A stretch of DNA of 64,000 nucleotides from Acutalibacteraceae bacterium. GTDB taxonomy: Bacteria > Bacillota > Clostridia > Oscillospirales > Acutalibacteraceae. The notes beneath the pieces were generated by a model, which ran no database searches, was not told where the DNA came from, and saw only the letters and a list, made by a program, of their open reading frames with translations. The stretch spans positions 1,136 through 65,135 of the forward strand of contig JAZUAN010000059.1 of the NCBI GenBank assembly GCA_045638005.1. The letters run 5' to 3'. Position 1 is the stretch's first letter. Each line of letters begins with the position of its first letter. Shown piece after piece: positions 25,844-35,357 of this stretch. The translations under genes were made by a program, and so were the position numbers.

Positions 25844-25877
25844 AGATACAAACTTTTTAGAAACGGTAGTGATTCTA

Positions 25878-27152
25878 ATGAAACAAGATACCAAATGCAT
25901 CCACAGCGGTTATTTCCCCGGCAACGGCGAGGCGCGTCAGATGCCGATCGTGCAAAGCACCACCTTCAAATATGATACCAGTGAGGACATGGGCAAACTA
26001 TTCGATCTGGAAGCGAGCGGTTATTTCTATTCCCGCCTGCAAAATCCCACCTGCGACAACGTCGCAGCGAAAATCTGCGCCTTGGAAGGCGGCACCGCTG
26101 CCATGCTGACCTCTTCCGGTCAAGCGGCGTCCTTCTTTGCGGTGTTTAACATTGCGGGTTGCGGTGACCACGTCATTTCCTCTTCCGCTATCTACGGCGG
26201 CACTTACAATCTGTTCGCCGTCACCATGAAGCGCATGGGCATTGATTTCACCTTCGTGGCACCCGATTGCACCCCCGAAGAACTGGAGGCGGCATTCCGC
26301 CCCAACACCAAAGCGGTGTTCGGCGAGACCATCGCCAACCCTGCTCTCGACGTGCTGGATTTCGAAAAATTTGCCACCGCGGCACACAAGCACGGCGTGC
26401 CGCTCATCGTGGACAACACTTTTGCCACCCCGGTTTTGTGCCGTCCGTTTGAACACGGCGCAGATATCGTGACCCATTCCACCACCAAATATCTCGACGG
26501 TCACGGTTCCTCGGTCGGCGGCTGCATCGTGGATTCGGGCAAATTCGACTGGACCGCACACGCGGATAAATTCCCCGGTCTTTGCACCCCCGATGACAGC
26601 TATCACGGCGTCACCTATACCGAGCGTTTCGGTCTTGAAGGTGCGTATATCACCAAAGCTACCGCACAGCTGATGCGTGATCTGGGCGCTACCCAATCTC
26701 CGCAGAGCGCTTATTATATCAACCTCGGCATCGAAAGTCTGTCTCTCCGTATGCGCCGTCATAGCGACAACGGTCAGGCGGTCGCCGAGTTCCTCCAAAG
26801 CCATGAAAAGATCGCCTGGGTGCGTTACAGTGGACTTCCCGGCGACAAAAACTATGAGCTCGCTAAAAAATATCTGCCGGACGGCTGCTGCGGTGTTGTC
26901 AGCTTCGGCGTAAAGGGCGGCAGAAAAGCAGCGGAAGCAATGATGAAAAATCTCAAACTCGCGTCCATCGCAACCCACGTTGCCGACGCAAAAACCTGCT
27001 GCCTGCATCCTGCTAATGCCACCCACAGACAGATGAACGACGCGGAACTCGCGGCGGCGGGCATCACCCCCGACCTCATCCGTCTGTCCTGCGGTATTGA
27101 AGCGGCAGAGGATATCATCGCCGACATCCAACAGGCGCTGGCTTGTATCTGA
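25878..27152 (+). CDS. metY: O-acetylhomoserine aminocarboxypropyltransferase (sulfhydrylase)
   Basis: 424 aa from MKQDTKCIHSGY.... Cys/Met-metabolism PLP family (STTKYLDGHG). Confidence 0.85.
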   Translation: MKQDTKCIHSGYFPGNGEARQMPIVQSTTFKYDTSEDMGKLFDLEASGYFYSRLQNPTCDNVAAKICALEGGTAAMLTSSGQAASFFAVFNIAGCGDHVISSSAIYGGTYNLFAVTMKRMGIDFTFVAPDCTPEELEAAFRPNTKAVFGETIANPALDVLDFEKFATAAHKHGVPLIVDNTFATPVLCRPFEHGADIVTHSTTKYLDGHGSSVGGCIVDSGKFDWTAHADKFPGLCTPDDSYHGVTYTERFGLEGAYITKATAQLMRDLGATQSPQSAYYINLGIESLSLRMRRHSDNGQAVAEFLQSHEKIAWVRYSGLPGDKNYELAKKYLPDGCCGVVSFGVKGGRKAAEAMMKNLKLASIATHVADAKTCCLHPANATHRQMNDAELAAAGITPDLIRLSCGIEAAEDIIADIQQALACI

Positions 27153-27173
27153 TTTCTAAAGGAGGGCAACAAA

Positions 27174-28094
27174 ATGCCCATTAAAATCCCCGATGCATTA
27201 CCCGCAGTAGAAACGCTGCTGCATGAAAATATTTTCGCCATGACCGAAAAGCGGGCGATCACACAGGATATCCGTCCTTTAAAAATCCTGCTTTTAAATC
27301 TCATGCCCACTAAAATCGTGACCGAGACCCAGTTTTCCCGTCTGCTCGGCAACTCGCCGTTGCAGGTGGAACTGGAACTGTTGCACACCAAAACGCATGA
27401 GTCCAAAAACACCCCTATCGACCACTTAATCTCGTTTTACAAATCGTTTGACGAGGTGAAAAATCACAACTACGACGGTATGATCATCACCGGCGCACCG
27501 GTGGAGCATCTGCCGTTTGAAGAGGTGGACTATTGGGACGAGCTATGCGAGATCATGGAGTGGAGCAAAACGCACGTACACAGCACCATGCACATCTGCT
27601 GGGGCGCGCAGGCGGGTCTTTACTACCACTACGGTATCGGCAAACAGCAGTTGCCCGCAAAAGCGTTCGGCGTGTTCCCGCATGAGGTGGAGCATAAGAC
27701 CTCCATGCTGTTCCGCGGCTTTGACGATGTGTTTATGGCACCACATTCCCGCCACACCACCATCGCGCGCGAGGATATTCTCACAAAAGATGAGCTGAAG
27801 ATCCTCGCCTCCTCAAAGGAAGTGGGCGTGCTTGCGGTTGCCTCTAAAAATGCGAGACAGTTTTTCGTCACGGGTCACCTCGAATACGACGCAGACACCC
27901 TGCAAAGGGAGTATCTCCGCGACAAAAATGCAGGACTGCCCATCGACATCCCGAAAAACTATTTCCCCGACGACGATGATACCAAAGCCCCCGTCGTCAC
28001 CTGGCGGTCGGGTGCAAACCTCCTCTTTACCAACTGGCTCAACTACTTTGTGTACCAGACCACACCGTATAACATTGAGGATATCAACAAGTAA
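27174..28094 (+). CDS. metA: homoserine O-acyltransferase (MetA family)
   Basis: 306 aa. [11 protein letters not shown]...[12 protein letters not shown] is typical of MetA. Confidence 0.9.
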   Translation: MPIKIPDALPAVETLLHENIFAMTEKRAITQDIRPLKILLLNLMPTKIVTETQFSRLLGNSPLQVELELLHTKTHESKNTPIDHLISFYKSFDEVKNHNYDGMIITGAPVEHLPFEEVDYWDELCEIMEWSKTHVHSTMHICWGAQAGLYYHYGIGKQQLPAKAFGVFPHEVEHKTSMLFRGFDDVFMAPHSRHTTIAREDILTKDELKILASSKEVGVLAVASKNARQFFVTGHLEYDADTLQREYLRDKNAGLPIDIPKNYFPDDDDTKAPVVTWRSGANLLFTNWLNYFVYQTTPYNIEDINK

Positions 28095-28100
28095 ACAGAG

Positions 28101-28133
28101 AAGCGGTCGTTCCAATCGGAACGACCGCTTTTT
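28101..28133. terminator. bidirectional terminator (metA / htrA)
   Basis: aagcggtcgttcc-aat-cggaacgaccgctt flanked by A/T runs. Confidence 0.65.
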
Positions 28134-28142
28134 AATTACTGC

Positions 28143-29747
28143 TTATTTACTTTTCGGCTTGCTTTCTTTCAATTTGCAGGTCACTTCAAACTTGGTTTCT
28201 TCACCGGTGCGGCTATCAAGGCGTAGGAGAGACAAGGTGACTGTATCACCCGCAGAGTGCTTGGCGAGCTCACTGCGCAGCGCACCATAACCATCAATCT
28301 TGACACCATCAATAGCGGTGATCAGGTCGCCGATACGTGCGCGGGTGTCTTCCAGCATGGAGCCTTCTTCGATGGAACGGATCACAAAGCCGTAGTAGCC
28401 GTTGCTCGCAATAGAATAGCCGGTGATGCCCAATTCCACACGACCGCGGACATATCCGTATTTGATGAGATCGTCGATGATGGCTTTCGCTTCGTTGATC
28501 GGAATAGAGAAGCCAAGACCCTCATAGCCGTTAGCTGCGATCTTTGCAGAATTGATGCCGACCACCTGACCGTTATTATTGAGCAACGGACCGCCGGAGT
28601 TGCCGGGATTGATGGCAGCGTCAGTTTGTAAGCATTTGATGGAATATCCGGTATCCTCATATACATCGCGGGCAAGTCCCGAAATAATGCCCTGACTTGC
28701 AGACCAGTGGAGACCACCGGCATTGCCCAGCGTCACCACGCGGGCGCCCATCACCAGCTTGGAGGAATCGCCGAATTCCGCGACCGAAAGGTCGTCTGCT
28801 TTGATCTTAATAACCGCAAGGTCGGTGGACTGATCCGCGCCGATTACCTTTGCATTTTCGTGTTTGGTGCCGTCGTTGGTAACCACTTCTATTTGATCAT
28901 ACGCTTCGCCGGTCTCTTCATTGATGACCACATGCCAGTTGGTGATGATGTAGCCGTCTTTTGTCATCACGATACCGGTAGCCTCGCCCACCTGCGTGAG
29001 CGTCTCGCTGCCAAAGCCGTATTGATTAAGGCTGTTGGGCACCTGCATCTGATACACGTTGATAACCACTGTGCTATCCATGTTAGCGTCAATGATCTCA
29101 GTAGCAGAAAGACCGCCGTCATCATCCGCCCAATCGGTAATGTTGACGGTAGGCGCATCGTTATTGATGATCTCTTCTTCTTCAGTATTGCTCAGCGGCG
29201 GAGTATCGGTATTGACCGTACCTATCACTGCAGAAATGATCAGAATGATCATCGCAACCGCAGCAATACTGCCGATCACCGCAAGTGCCACCACAGGTCC
29301 GTTGTGCCGTTTTCTTTTAGGCGGCTGCGGCGGGGTGGGTTGAGAGTAATAGGACGGAGGGGGCGGCGGAGTTGCACCGCCGTTTGCCGTATCCTCCTGC
29401 GGGGCGGTATTGTCGGCATGCATCGGCCCGCTACGATACCAGCCCGCTTCGTATGCGGGCGGCTGCGCGGGTTCAACGGGCGGTTGTACCGGCGTGGGCT
29501 CCGGTTGCGCAGGTGTTTCCTGCACAGGCTGCGCGGTTGTATACGGATTGGCGCGCCAATCGGTAACTTGCGGCTGCGCAGGCGCTTGCGGTGCGATCGG
29601 AGTCTCCGGCACAACCGGAGTCTGCTGCACCGGCGCAGGCTCTGCTACGGGCGCTACGGGCGGGGTATCCCCGCTCGCTGCTGTTTCAGGCTGCGGATTT
29701 TCCGCAGAGGTTTGTGGGTTTTGATTGGGATTGAACCATTCAGACAT
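28143..29747 (-). CDS. htrA: HtrA/DegP-type S1C serine protease with PDZ domain and long Pro/Gln-rich N-terminal region
   Basis: 534 aa. TNWHV, D...AVIK and GNSGGPL catalytic triad motifs, one TM helix, a C-terminal PDZ domain. Confidence 0.85.
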   Translation of the reverse strand: MSEWFNPNQNPQTSAENPQPETAASGDTPPVAPVAEPAPVQQTPVVPETPIAPQAPAQPQVTDWRANPYTTAQPVQETPAQPEPTPVQPPVEPAQPPAYEAGWYRSGPMHADNTAPQEDTANGGATPPPPPSYYSQPTPPQPPKRKRHNGPVVALAVIGSIAAVAMIILIISAVIGTVNTDTPPLSNTEEEEIINNDAPTVNITDWADDDGGLSATEIIDANMDSTVVINVYQMQVPNSLNQYGFGSETLTQVGEATGIVMTKDGYIITNWHVVINEETGEAYDQIEVVTNDGTKHENAKVIGADQSTDLAVIKIKADDLSVAEFGDSSKLVMGARVVTLGNAGGLHWSASQGIISGLARDVYEDTGYSIKCLQTDAAINPGNSGGPLLNNNGQVVGINSAKIAANGYEGLGFSIPINEAKAIIDDLIKYGYVRGRVELGITGYSIASNGYYGFVIRSIEEGSMLEDTRARIGDLITAIDGVKIDGYGALRSELAKHSAGDTVTLSLLRLDSRTGEETKFEVTCKLKESKPKSK

Positions 29748-29839
29748 GTAAACACGACCTTTCGCGTGGTTTTATTCAATTACAGCATACAACCGAATTG
29801 TGTTTTTTTGTTGAACATTGTTTGATAAGTTTTGAAAAA

Positions 29840-31273
29840 TTAGGGCAACCAAAAAAGAAACTCCGTGTACTGCCCTTCTTCCGAGCGCACCATTACTTCG
29901 CCCTTGTGCAGCGAAAGCACTGTCTGCACAATGTACAGACCCAAGCCGACACCGGTTTTATCCAAGCCGCGGGAGCGGTCACTCTTGTAAAACCGTTCGA
30001 AAATGCGCGGCATTTCCTCGGCGGGAATACCCGCGCCCGTATTGCGGATACTGCAAACGTTGCGGCCGTCTTGCTTTTTCAAGGTGATGCAAATCTCTCC
30101 GCCCACATTGGAAAATTTCACCGCATTATCCAGCAGATTGTATATTACCTGCCCAATGAGATCAAAATCGCCGTGTACCGTTATGCTCTCCGCATCCTCC
30201 AGCCCTTCGATGCGCAGTTGTTTTTCCTCAATGCGTTTTTCAAAGGTGAGCAATGTCTGACCGGTTAATGCGGTCAGATCAAAATCAACCGCATTGAGAT
30301 TTAACTGCCCGCTGTCAATGCGGGACAGCGCCAGCATGGATTTTACCAAGCGGGAGAGCCGCTTGATTTCGTCGCTGACGATCTTTAAATAGTATTCCCG
30401 CTTGCTCTCCGGAATGGTACCGTCCAAAACACCGTCAATAAAACCAGCAATGGTGGTCATGGGGGTACGCAGCTCATGCGAAACATTCGCCACAAAGCTG
30501 CGGCGCATATTTTCTACCGAGGACAAGGACAACGCCATAGAATTGAGCGCTTGCGCGAGCTCGGCGGTCTCGTCCTTGCCGGAAACCGGTAACCGACAGC
30601 TGAAATCTCCTTCCGCAAAGCGGCGGGTGGCTTTTGCCATGGCACGCAGAGGACGCACCAACCGCTCTGTCATCACGTACAGCGCCACAAAGGTAAGTGT
30701 CAAAACGCCCAATGCCGCAATAAGGGATATCTGCAAATTACTGCGCACATACTGCCACAAACCGCCCGCAGGGGTGGAAACAAATACGTATCCGAGCAAG
30801 GTTTTCCCCCGCTCGATAGGAACACCTGCGGTATATTGTTGCTCGGTGTACAAACCGTTCAAGGTGCTGACACCATAATAATCAGCGCCTTTATCCACGA
30901 TAATGCTGTCAAGCGATACCGTGCGGTCAATAGTTACCTCATCCCCCGCCTCATCACACATCAGCAGCACCGTTGAATCCGCATCCGTGATGACCACGGT
31001 ACAATTCAAGGCGAGCGACAGCAGTTTGATATACGGAGACAAATTGCTTCTTTCTATATGATATATCGTTTTACCCTCTGCATTTTGTGCAGGTGACACG
31101 CTGTTAGCGGTGTACTCCGAAATCGAGATAGCATGTTCTTCCAAAAGCGTATGCTTTTCATCCAGCCAATACCGCGCGGTCAAAAACAACTGCGCACCCT
31201 GCATGGCAATGAAGCTAACCACGATGATGCAGGAAATGACCGTGAAATATTTTGAGAAAATACTCTTGAACAT
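29840..31273 (-). CDS. sensor histidine kinase (HAMP-HisKA-HATPase)
   Basis: 477 aa. H-box SHELRTP, plus N, G1 and G2 boxes (NAVKF, RNTGAGI, GLGLYIV). Confidence 0.85.
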   Translation of the reverse strand: MFKSIFSKYFTVISCIIVVSFIAMQGAQLFLTARYWLDEKHTLLEEHAISISEYTANSVSPAQNAEGKTIYHIERSNLSPYIKLLSLALNCTVVITDADSTVLLMCDEAGDEVTIDRTVSLDSIIVDKGADYYGVSTLNGLYTEQQYTAGVPIERGKTLLGYVFVSTPAGGLWQYVRSNLQISLIAALGVLTLTFVALYVMTERLVRPLRAMAKATRRFAEGDFSCRLPVSGKDETAELAQALNSMALSLSSVENMRRSFVANVSHELRTPMTTIAGFIDGVLDGTIPESKREYYLKIVSDEIKRLSRLVKSMLALSRIDSGQLNLNAVDFDLTALTGQTLLTFEKRIEEKQLRIEGLEDAESITVHGDFDLIGQVIYNLLDNAVKFSNVGGEICITLKKQDGRNVCSIRNTGAGIPAEEMPRIFERFYKSDRSRGLDKTGVGLGLYIVQTVLSLHKGEVMVRSEEGQYTEFLFWLP

Positions 31274-31279
31274 ATCGTA

Positions 31280-31984
31280 TTATTCCCCTTTGAAATCGTC
31301 TTTGACCTCAAATTTATAGCCGACACCCCAAACCGTTTTGAGCGTCCATTGCTCTGAGATGCCGTCCAGCTTTTCGCGCAGACGCTTGATATGTACGTCC
31401 ACCGTGCGGCTATCGCCGTAATATTCAAAGCCCCACACCTCATCCAACAACTGGTCACGGGTGTACACACGATTTGGATTGCTTGCCAAATGATAGATCA
31501 GTTCCATTTCCTTTGGCGGGGTATCCACCGCTTTGCCGTCCACCCGCATCTCAAAGGTCTCCATATTGATGGAAAGTTTATCGAAACGGATCTCCCGCAA
31601 CTTTTTATGCCCCTCCGCACCGCTGCGACGCAGCACCGCTTTGATGCGTGCCATTACTTCCTTGGTTTCAAACGGCTTGACCACATAATCGTCAGCTCCG
31701 AGTTCCAAGCCGAGCACCTTATCGAACACCTCACCCTTCGCGGTGAGCATAATAATCGGCACATCCGATTTTTTACGCAGTTCACGGCATACCTGCCAGC
31801 CGTCCAGTTCCGGCATCATCACGTCCAACAAGATCAGATCCGGCTGCTCGCTGTCAAATAACTTGACCGCCTTTGCGCCGTTTTCCGCGATAATGGCATC
31901 ATAGCCTTCTTTTTCCAAATACAGACGCAACAGTTCACAAATGTTGCTGTCGTCATCCGCTACCATAATTTTGAGCGCTGCCAT
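31280..31984 (-). CDS. OmpR-family response regulator
   Basis: 234 aa from MAALKIMVADDD... after AAGGAGG. A receiver domain plus a winged-helix domain (VWGVGYKF). Confidence 0.85.
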   Translation of the reverse strand: MAALKIMVADDDSNICELLRLYLEKEGYDAIIAENGAKAVKLFDSEQPDLILLDVMMPELDGWQVCRELRKKSDVPIIMLTAKGEVFDKVLGLELGADDYVVKPFETKEVMARIKAVLRRSGAEGHKKLREIRFDKLSINMETFEMRVDGKAVDTPPKEMELIYHLASNPNRVYTRDQLLDEVWGFEYYGDSRTVDVHIKRLREKLDGISEQWTLKTVWGVGYKFEVKDDFKGE

Positions 31985-32045
31985 ATAAAGACCTCCTTTT
32001 CTACTGTTCAGTATACAGGTAAACGCCGCTCTTTGTATGAACAAA

Positions 32046-33158
32046 TCATAAATTCAATATACGGGAAATTAACACATTGGACACCAAAAAGCCCTCTTTT
32101 GTGAATGCAATGCCGTCATCCGATACTAAAACCAGCTGTCGCGGCAGTTTTTCTGCCGCTTCTCGCCACGCAAGCGGTATCGGCTTTTGAAAACGCGCTG
32201 TAAACGCCGTTTCCCGCAAACCCTCGGTCAACCGCAGCCGCAACATCGCATATTCCGTTTCCCCGCCCGCGGGGATAGCCTCATCCCTTTCTGTCAAAGG
32301 GGTATTACCCTCAATAAAAGCATGAATATCCCGCGGATAATACAGTCGCTTTCCGTCAAAAAACGAATGGGCGGCGGGACCGAAGCCGAGATACGGTTCG
32401 CCGTTCCAATATTTGAGGTTGTGCCTGCTTTCTTTGCCCGCGTGTGCGAAATTAGAGATCTCATATTGACGGTACCCTTCTGTCTCCAATGCATCCACCG
32501 CCGTCAGATACAATTCAGCCGCCGCATCCTCATCCGGCAGCGATAATGTATCCTGCTTTTCAAAATACGGTGTGTGTGGCTCTAATTTTAAAAGGTAAGC
32601 CGACACGTGTGAAGCGCCGAGTGATGCACATAAAGCCGCATCCTCTTTTATATGTTCCGCGGTCTGCCCCGGCACAGCAAGCATCATATCCAAGGAAATG
32701 TTCGCAATACCCGCCGCTTTCGCATCCGCAACCGCGCGGGCAACATCAGCGGGGATGTGCCGTCTGCCGAGCATTTGCAGCACTGACGGTGAAGAGGATT
32801 GCATACCCAGCGAAAGGCGGTTGCCGCCCGCCGCACAGAAGGCATAAAAGGTGTCCTTTAAATCGTCTGCGGGATTGGCTTCAAGAGTGATTTCCGCATC
32901 TTGCGGCAGGCTAAAACACGCTCGCGCCGTTTCTGTCAGCCGTGCGATGCGTTTGCCGCCGAGCAATGCCGGCGTGCCGCCGCCGAAATACACTGTATCC
33001 GCGTGCATCCCCGCTTTTTTCTGCATTTCACGGATGAGTGCGGCGGTGTAGGCATCCTTCAAACGGTCGTCCGTATCGGCAAGAGAGTAAAAGTCACAGT
33101 AGGGACATTTGGATACACAAAAAGGTATGTGTATGTAAATACCGCAGGCCATTTTCAC
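32046..33158 (-). CDS. hemW: radical SAM heme chaperone HemW-like protein
   Basis: 370 aa with the CVSKCPYCDF motif. Confidence 0.85.
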   Translation of the reverse strand: MKMACGIYIHIPFCVSKCPYCDFYSLADTDDRLKDAYTAALIREMQKKAGMHADTVYFGGGTPALLGGKRIARLTETARACFSLPQDAEITLEANPADDLKDTFYAFCAAGGNRLSLGMQSSSPSVLQMLGRRHIPADVARAVADAKAAGIANISLDMMLAVPGQTAEHIKEDAALCASLGASHVSAYLLKLEPHTPYFEKQDTLSLPDEDAAAELYLTAVDALETEGYRQYEISNFAHAGKESRHNLKYWNGEPYLGFGPAAHSFFDGKRLYYPRDIHAFIEGNTPLTERDEAIPAGGETEYAMLRLRLTEGLRETAFTARFQKPIPLAWREAAEKLPRQLVLVSDDGIAFTKEGFLVSNVLISRILNL

Positions 33159-33364
33159 ACCTCCTTTATAGCTGAAAAGTCGCCTTATGGGTGATTTGAA
33201 GCGACCCCTTTTTAACTATGTTTTATTTTACCATTTTACAGCAGAAAATGCCACTACTTTTTCATGGAGAAACCCGTATTTTTTTCTTGCAATATACCGC
33301 AAAAGATGATATGATAAAGTGATATAATGTAGATGTATTATGTATTTATCTAAGGAGGTGGCGT

Positions 33365-34345
33365 ATGGCACTGCAATGGAAAGCGGTTTTACCGCAGGAT
33401 ATGTGTATTTTATCGAGATCTGTTATCAACGAGCAGCTTGCCATGGCAAGCCATCTTCAATTAAAAGTACTGCTGTGGTTTGCGGCAAACGCGTGTGATA
33501 TCTCCGCTTGCGCGACCGCATTACACAAGTCCGAAGAAGTGATCGAGGAAGCGGCACTGTTTTGGGTAAATAAAGGTGTACTGCTGTCGGATGCTGTGCC
33601 AACGGTAACCGAAACGCGCACACCCGCCACGCCGGTGGAGGAACCCCCCGCCGTTGCTCCCGCCGTCCGTCCGCTCCCCGTCAAGCCGCAGATGAAAGAG
33701 GTCATCGAAAGGCAGAAAAGTGATCGCGCCTTTTCACAGCTTTTGCAGGATGCGTCCGTGCGCTTGGGGAAACCCATCTCCCACGGCGATATGGAAACGC
33801 TATTATATCTTTACGATACTGCGGGTATGCCCGCCGGCGTTATCCTGATGGCAATCGGCTACGCAGTCAGCCGCGGCAGTGCCAACATGCGGTACGTGGA
33901 AAAGGTGGTGTTAGGCTGGCAGGACAGCGGTATTTTAACCATTGCGGCCGCCGAGGAGAATCTGCGGCTGTTGGAAGAGATGGACGATGCCGCCGTGCGA
34001 GTACAAAAAATGACCGGCAAGGCGCGTGCGCTCGACTACCGTCAGCGCGGCATGGCGCATACATGGTTATATGTGTGGCACTTGCCGGAGGATATGATAC
34101 ATCTCGCGATCGAGCAGGCGACGAAAACCACCAAGCCGCTCATCCCGTATGCCAACAGCATTTTGGCACGGTGGTATGAGGAAGGTGTTCGTGATCTCAC
34201 CGCTGCCGCCGCGACCTTGACAGCACAAACACCCGCCGCGCGTCGCCGGGGCCAACAGGAGCAGACCTCTCTTGATCTGCCGGAATACGAAAAAATGCTG
34301 GAAGACTACGTGCCTTCCATGCCTGCCAAAAAACGAAAGGAGTGA
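33365..34345 (+). CDS. DnaD/DnaB_2-domain replication protein
   Basis: 326 aa. The C-terminal DnaD-like repeat and its position directly upstream of a DnaI/DnaC-type loader support the call. Confidence 0.6.
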   Translation: MALQWKAVLPQDMCILSRSVINEQLAMASHLQLKVLLWFAANACDISACATALHKSEEVIEEAALFWVNKGVLLSDAVPTVTETRTPATPVEEPPAVAPAVRPLPVKPQMKEVIERQKSDRAFSQLLQDASVRLGKPISHGDMETLLYLYDTAGMPAGVILMAIGYAVSRGSANMRYVEKVVLGWQDSGILTIAAAEENLRLLEEMDDAAVRVQKMTGKARALDYRQRGMAHTWLYVWHLPEDMIHLAIEQATKTTKPLIPYANSILARWYEEGVRDLTAAAATLTAQTPAARRRGQQEQTSLDLPEYEKMLEDYVPSMPAKKRKE

Positions 34346-34351
34346 TCCGCT

Positions 34352-35344
34352 GTGGGATACAGCCGCGAGGTATATGCAGATGCTATGCAGGAACTGGAAA
34401 ATCGACGCACCCGTGCGGTGGCTTCTTCTGCTGCTTTTCGCCGTGAAATGACCGATCGGTATCCCCGATTGGGTGTGATTGAAAACGCTTTGGCGGATAC
34501 CGGTGCTAAACTCTCCCGCGCCATCCTTTCTGGCGGGGATATCGACACCGCCGTTGCCGCTATCAAGGATGAAAATCTTTCTCTGCAAAAAGAGATGGCG
34601 GACATTCTCAAAAAGGACGGCTGCACCGCTGTCAACTTTGATCCGCAGTATACCTGCCCTACTTGCAGCGATACCGGTTATGCGGGCGGTAAGATGTGCG
34701 GTTGCTTGTTAAATCTGTTGCGAGATTTATCTGCAAAACAGGTGTGCAAGGGGCTGATGACCTCTCCCACCCGCTTTGAGGATCTGGATCTCTCGTTTTA
34801 CGACAATACGCCCGCCGAAGGGCGCGGTATTTCTGCCAGAGAGCGTATGCGGCGGATATTTGATTATTGCCGCGAATATGCCGAAAACTTTGACTGTGCT
34901 TTACCGTCCTTGCTGCTGCGCGGTCCCACCGGCACCGGCAAGACCCACGTCTCGCTCGCCATCGCCGCAGGCGCTGCCAAAAACGGTTTTTCGGTGCTGT
35001 ATCAACCCGCGGGAAAACTGTTCACCGCGTTGGAGCGCGAGCATTTTGGCAAACAAGCCGGCGACACCGAAGGACTTGCACTCAGCTGTGATCTGCTGGT
35101 ATTGGATGATCTGGGCACGGAATTTGATACTACCTTTACAAACGCTACGTTATACAATATCATCAACACCCGCATGTTGGATGGGCTGCCCACCATCATC
35201 AGCACCAATTTGACGCAAGAAGGCTTATTACAGCGATACGGTGACCAGATCACCTCACGCATCACCGGTGCATACGAGCCGCTTTTATTCGTGGGCAAAG
35301 ATATCAGACAACAAAAACGCGCACGCGATATGGCGCAGGCATAA
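34352..35344 (+). CDS. DnaI/DnaC-type AAA+ helicase-loader protein
   Basis: 330 aa, GTG start. Zinc motif CPTCSDTGY...CGC, Walker A GPTGTGKTH, Walker B LLVLDDLG. Confidence 0.75.
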   Translation: MGYSREVYADAMQELENRRTRAVASSAAFRREMTDRYPRLGVIENALADTGAKLSRAILSGGDIDTAVAAIKDENLSLQKEMADILKKDGCTAVNFDPQYTCPTCSDTGYAGGKMCGCLLNLLRDLSAKQVCKGLMTSPTRFEDLDLSFYDNTPAEGRGISARERMRRIFDYCREYAENFDCALPSLLLRGPTGTGKTHVSLAIAAGAAKNGFSVLYQPAGKLFTALEREHFGKQAGDTEGLALSCDLLVLDDLGTEFDTTFTNATLYNIINTRMLDGLPTIISTNLTQEGLLQRYGDQITSRITGAYEPLLFVGKDIRQQKRARDMAQA

Positions 35345-35357
35345 AGGAGAACGTATT

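Noticed and set aside
25758-25877. Possible SAM riboswitch or Met T-box upstream of metY-metA
   Set aside because: The region holds only the terminator of the upstream relic, a consensus promoter and a ~35-nt leader. That is too short and lacks SAM-I conserved blocks.
25998-27131. 377-aa minus-strand ORF. Similar cases are 38410-39420 (-), 28707-29825 (+), 5502-6407 (-), 39612-40737 (-), 43605-44216 (-) and 45888-46628 (-).
   Set aside because: All lie antisense to genes with clear family signatures (metY, ABC ATPase, htrA, the DUF4430/S-component genes, and others). They lack RBSs and recognisable motifs.
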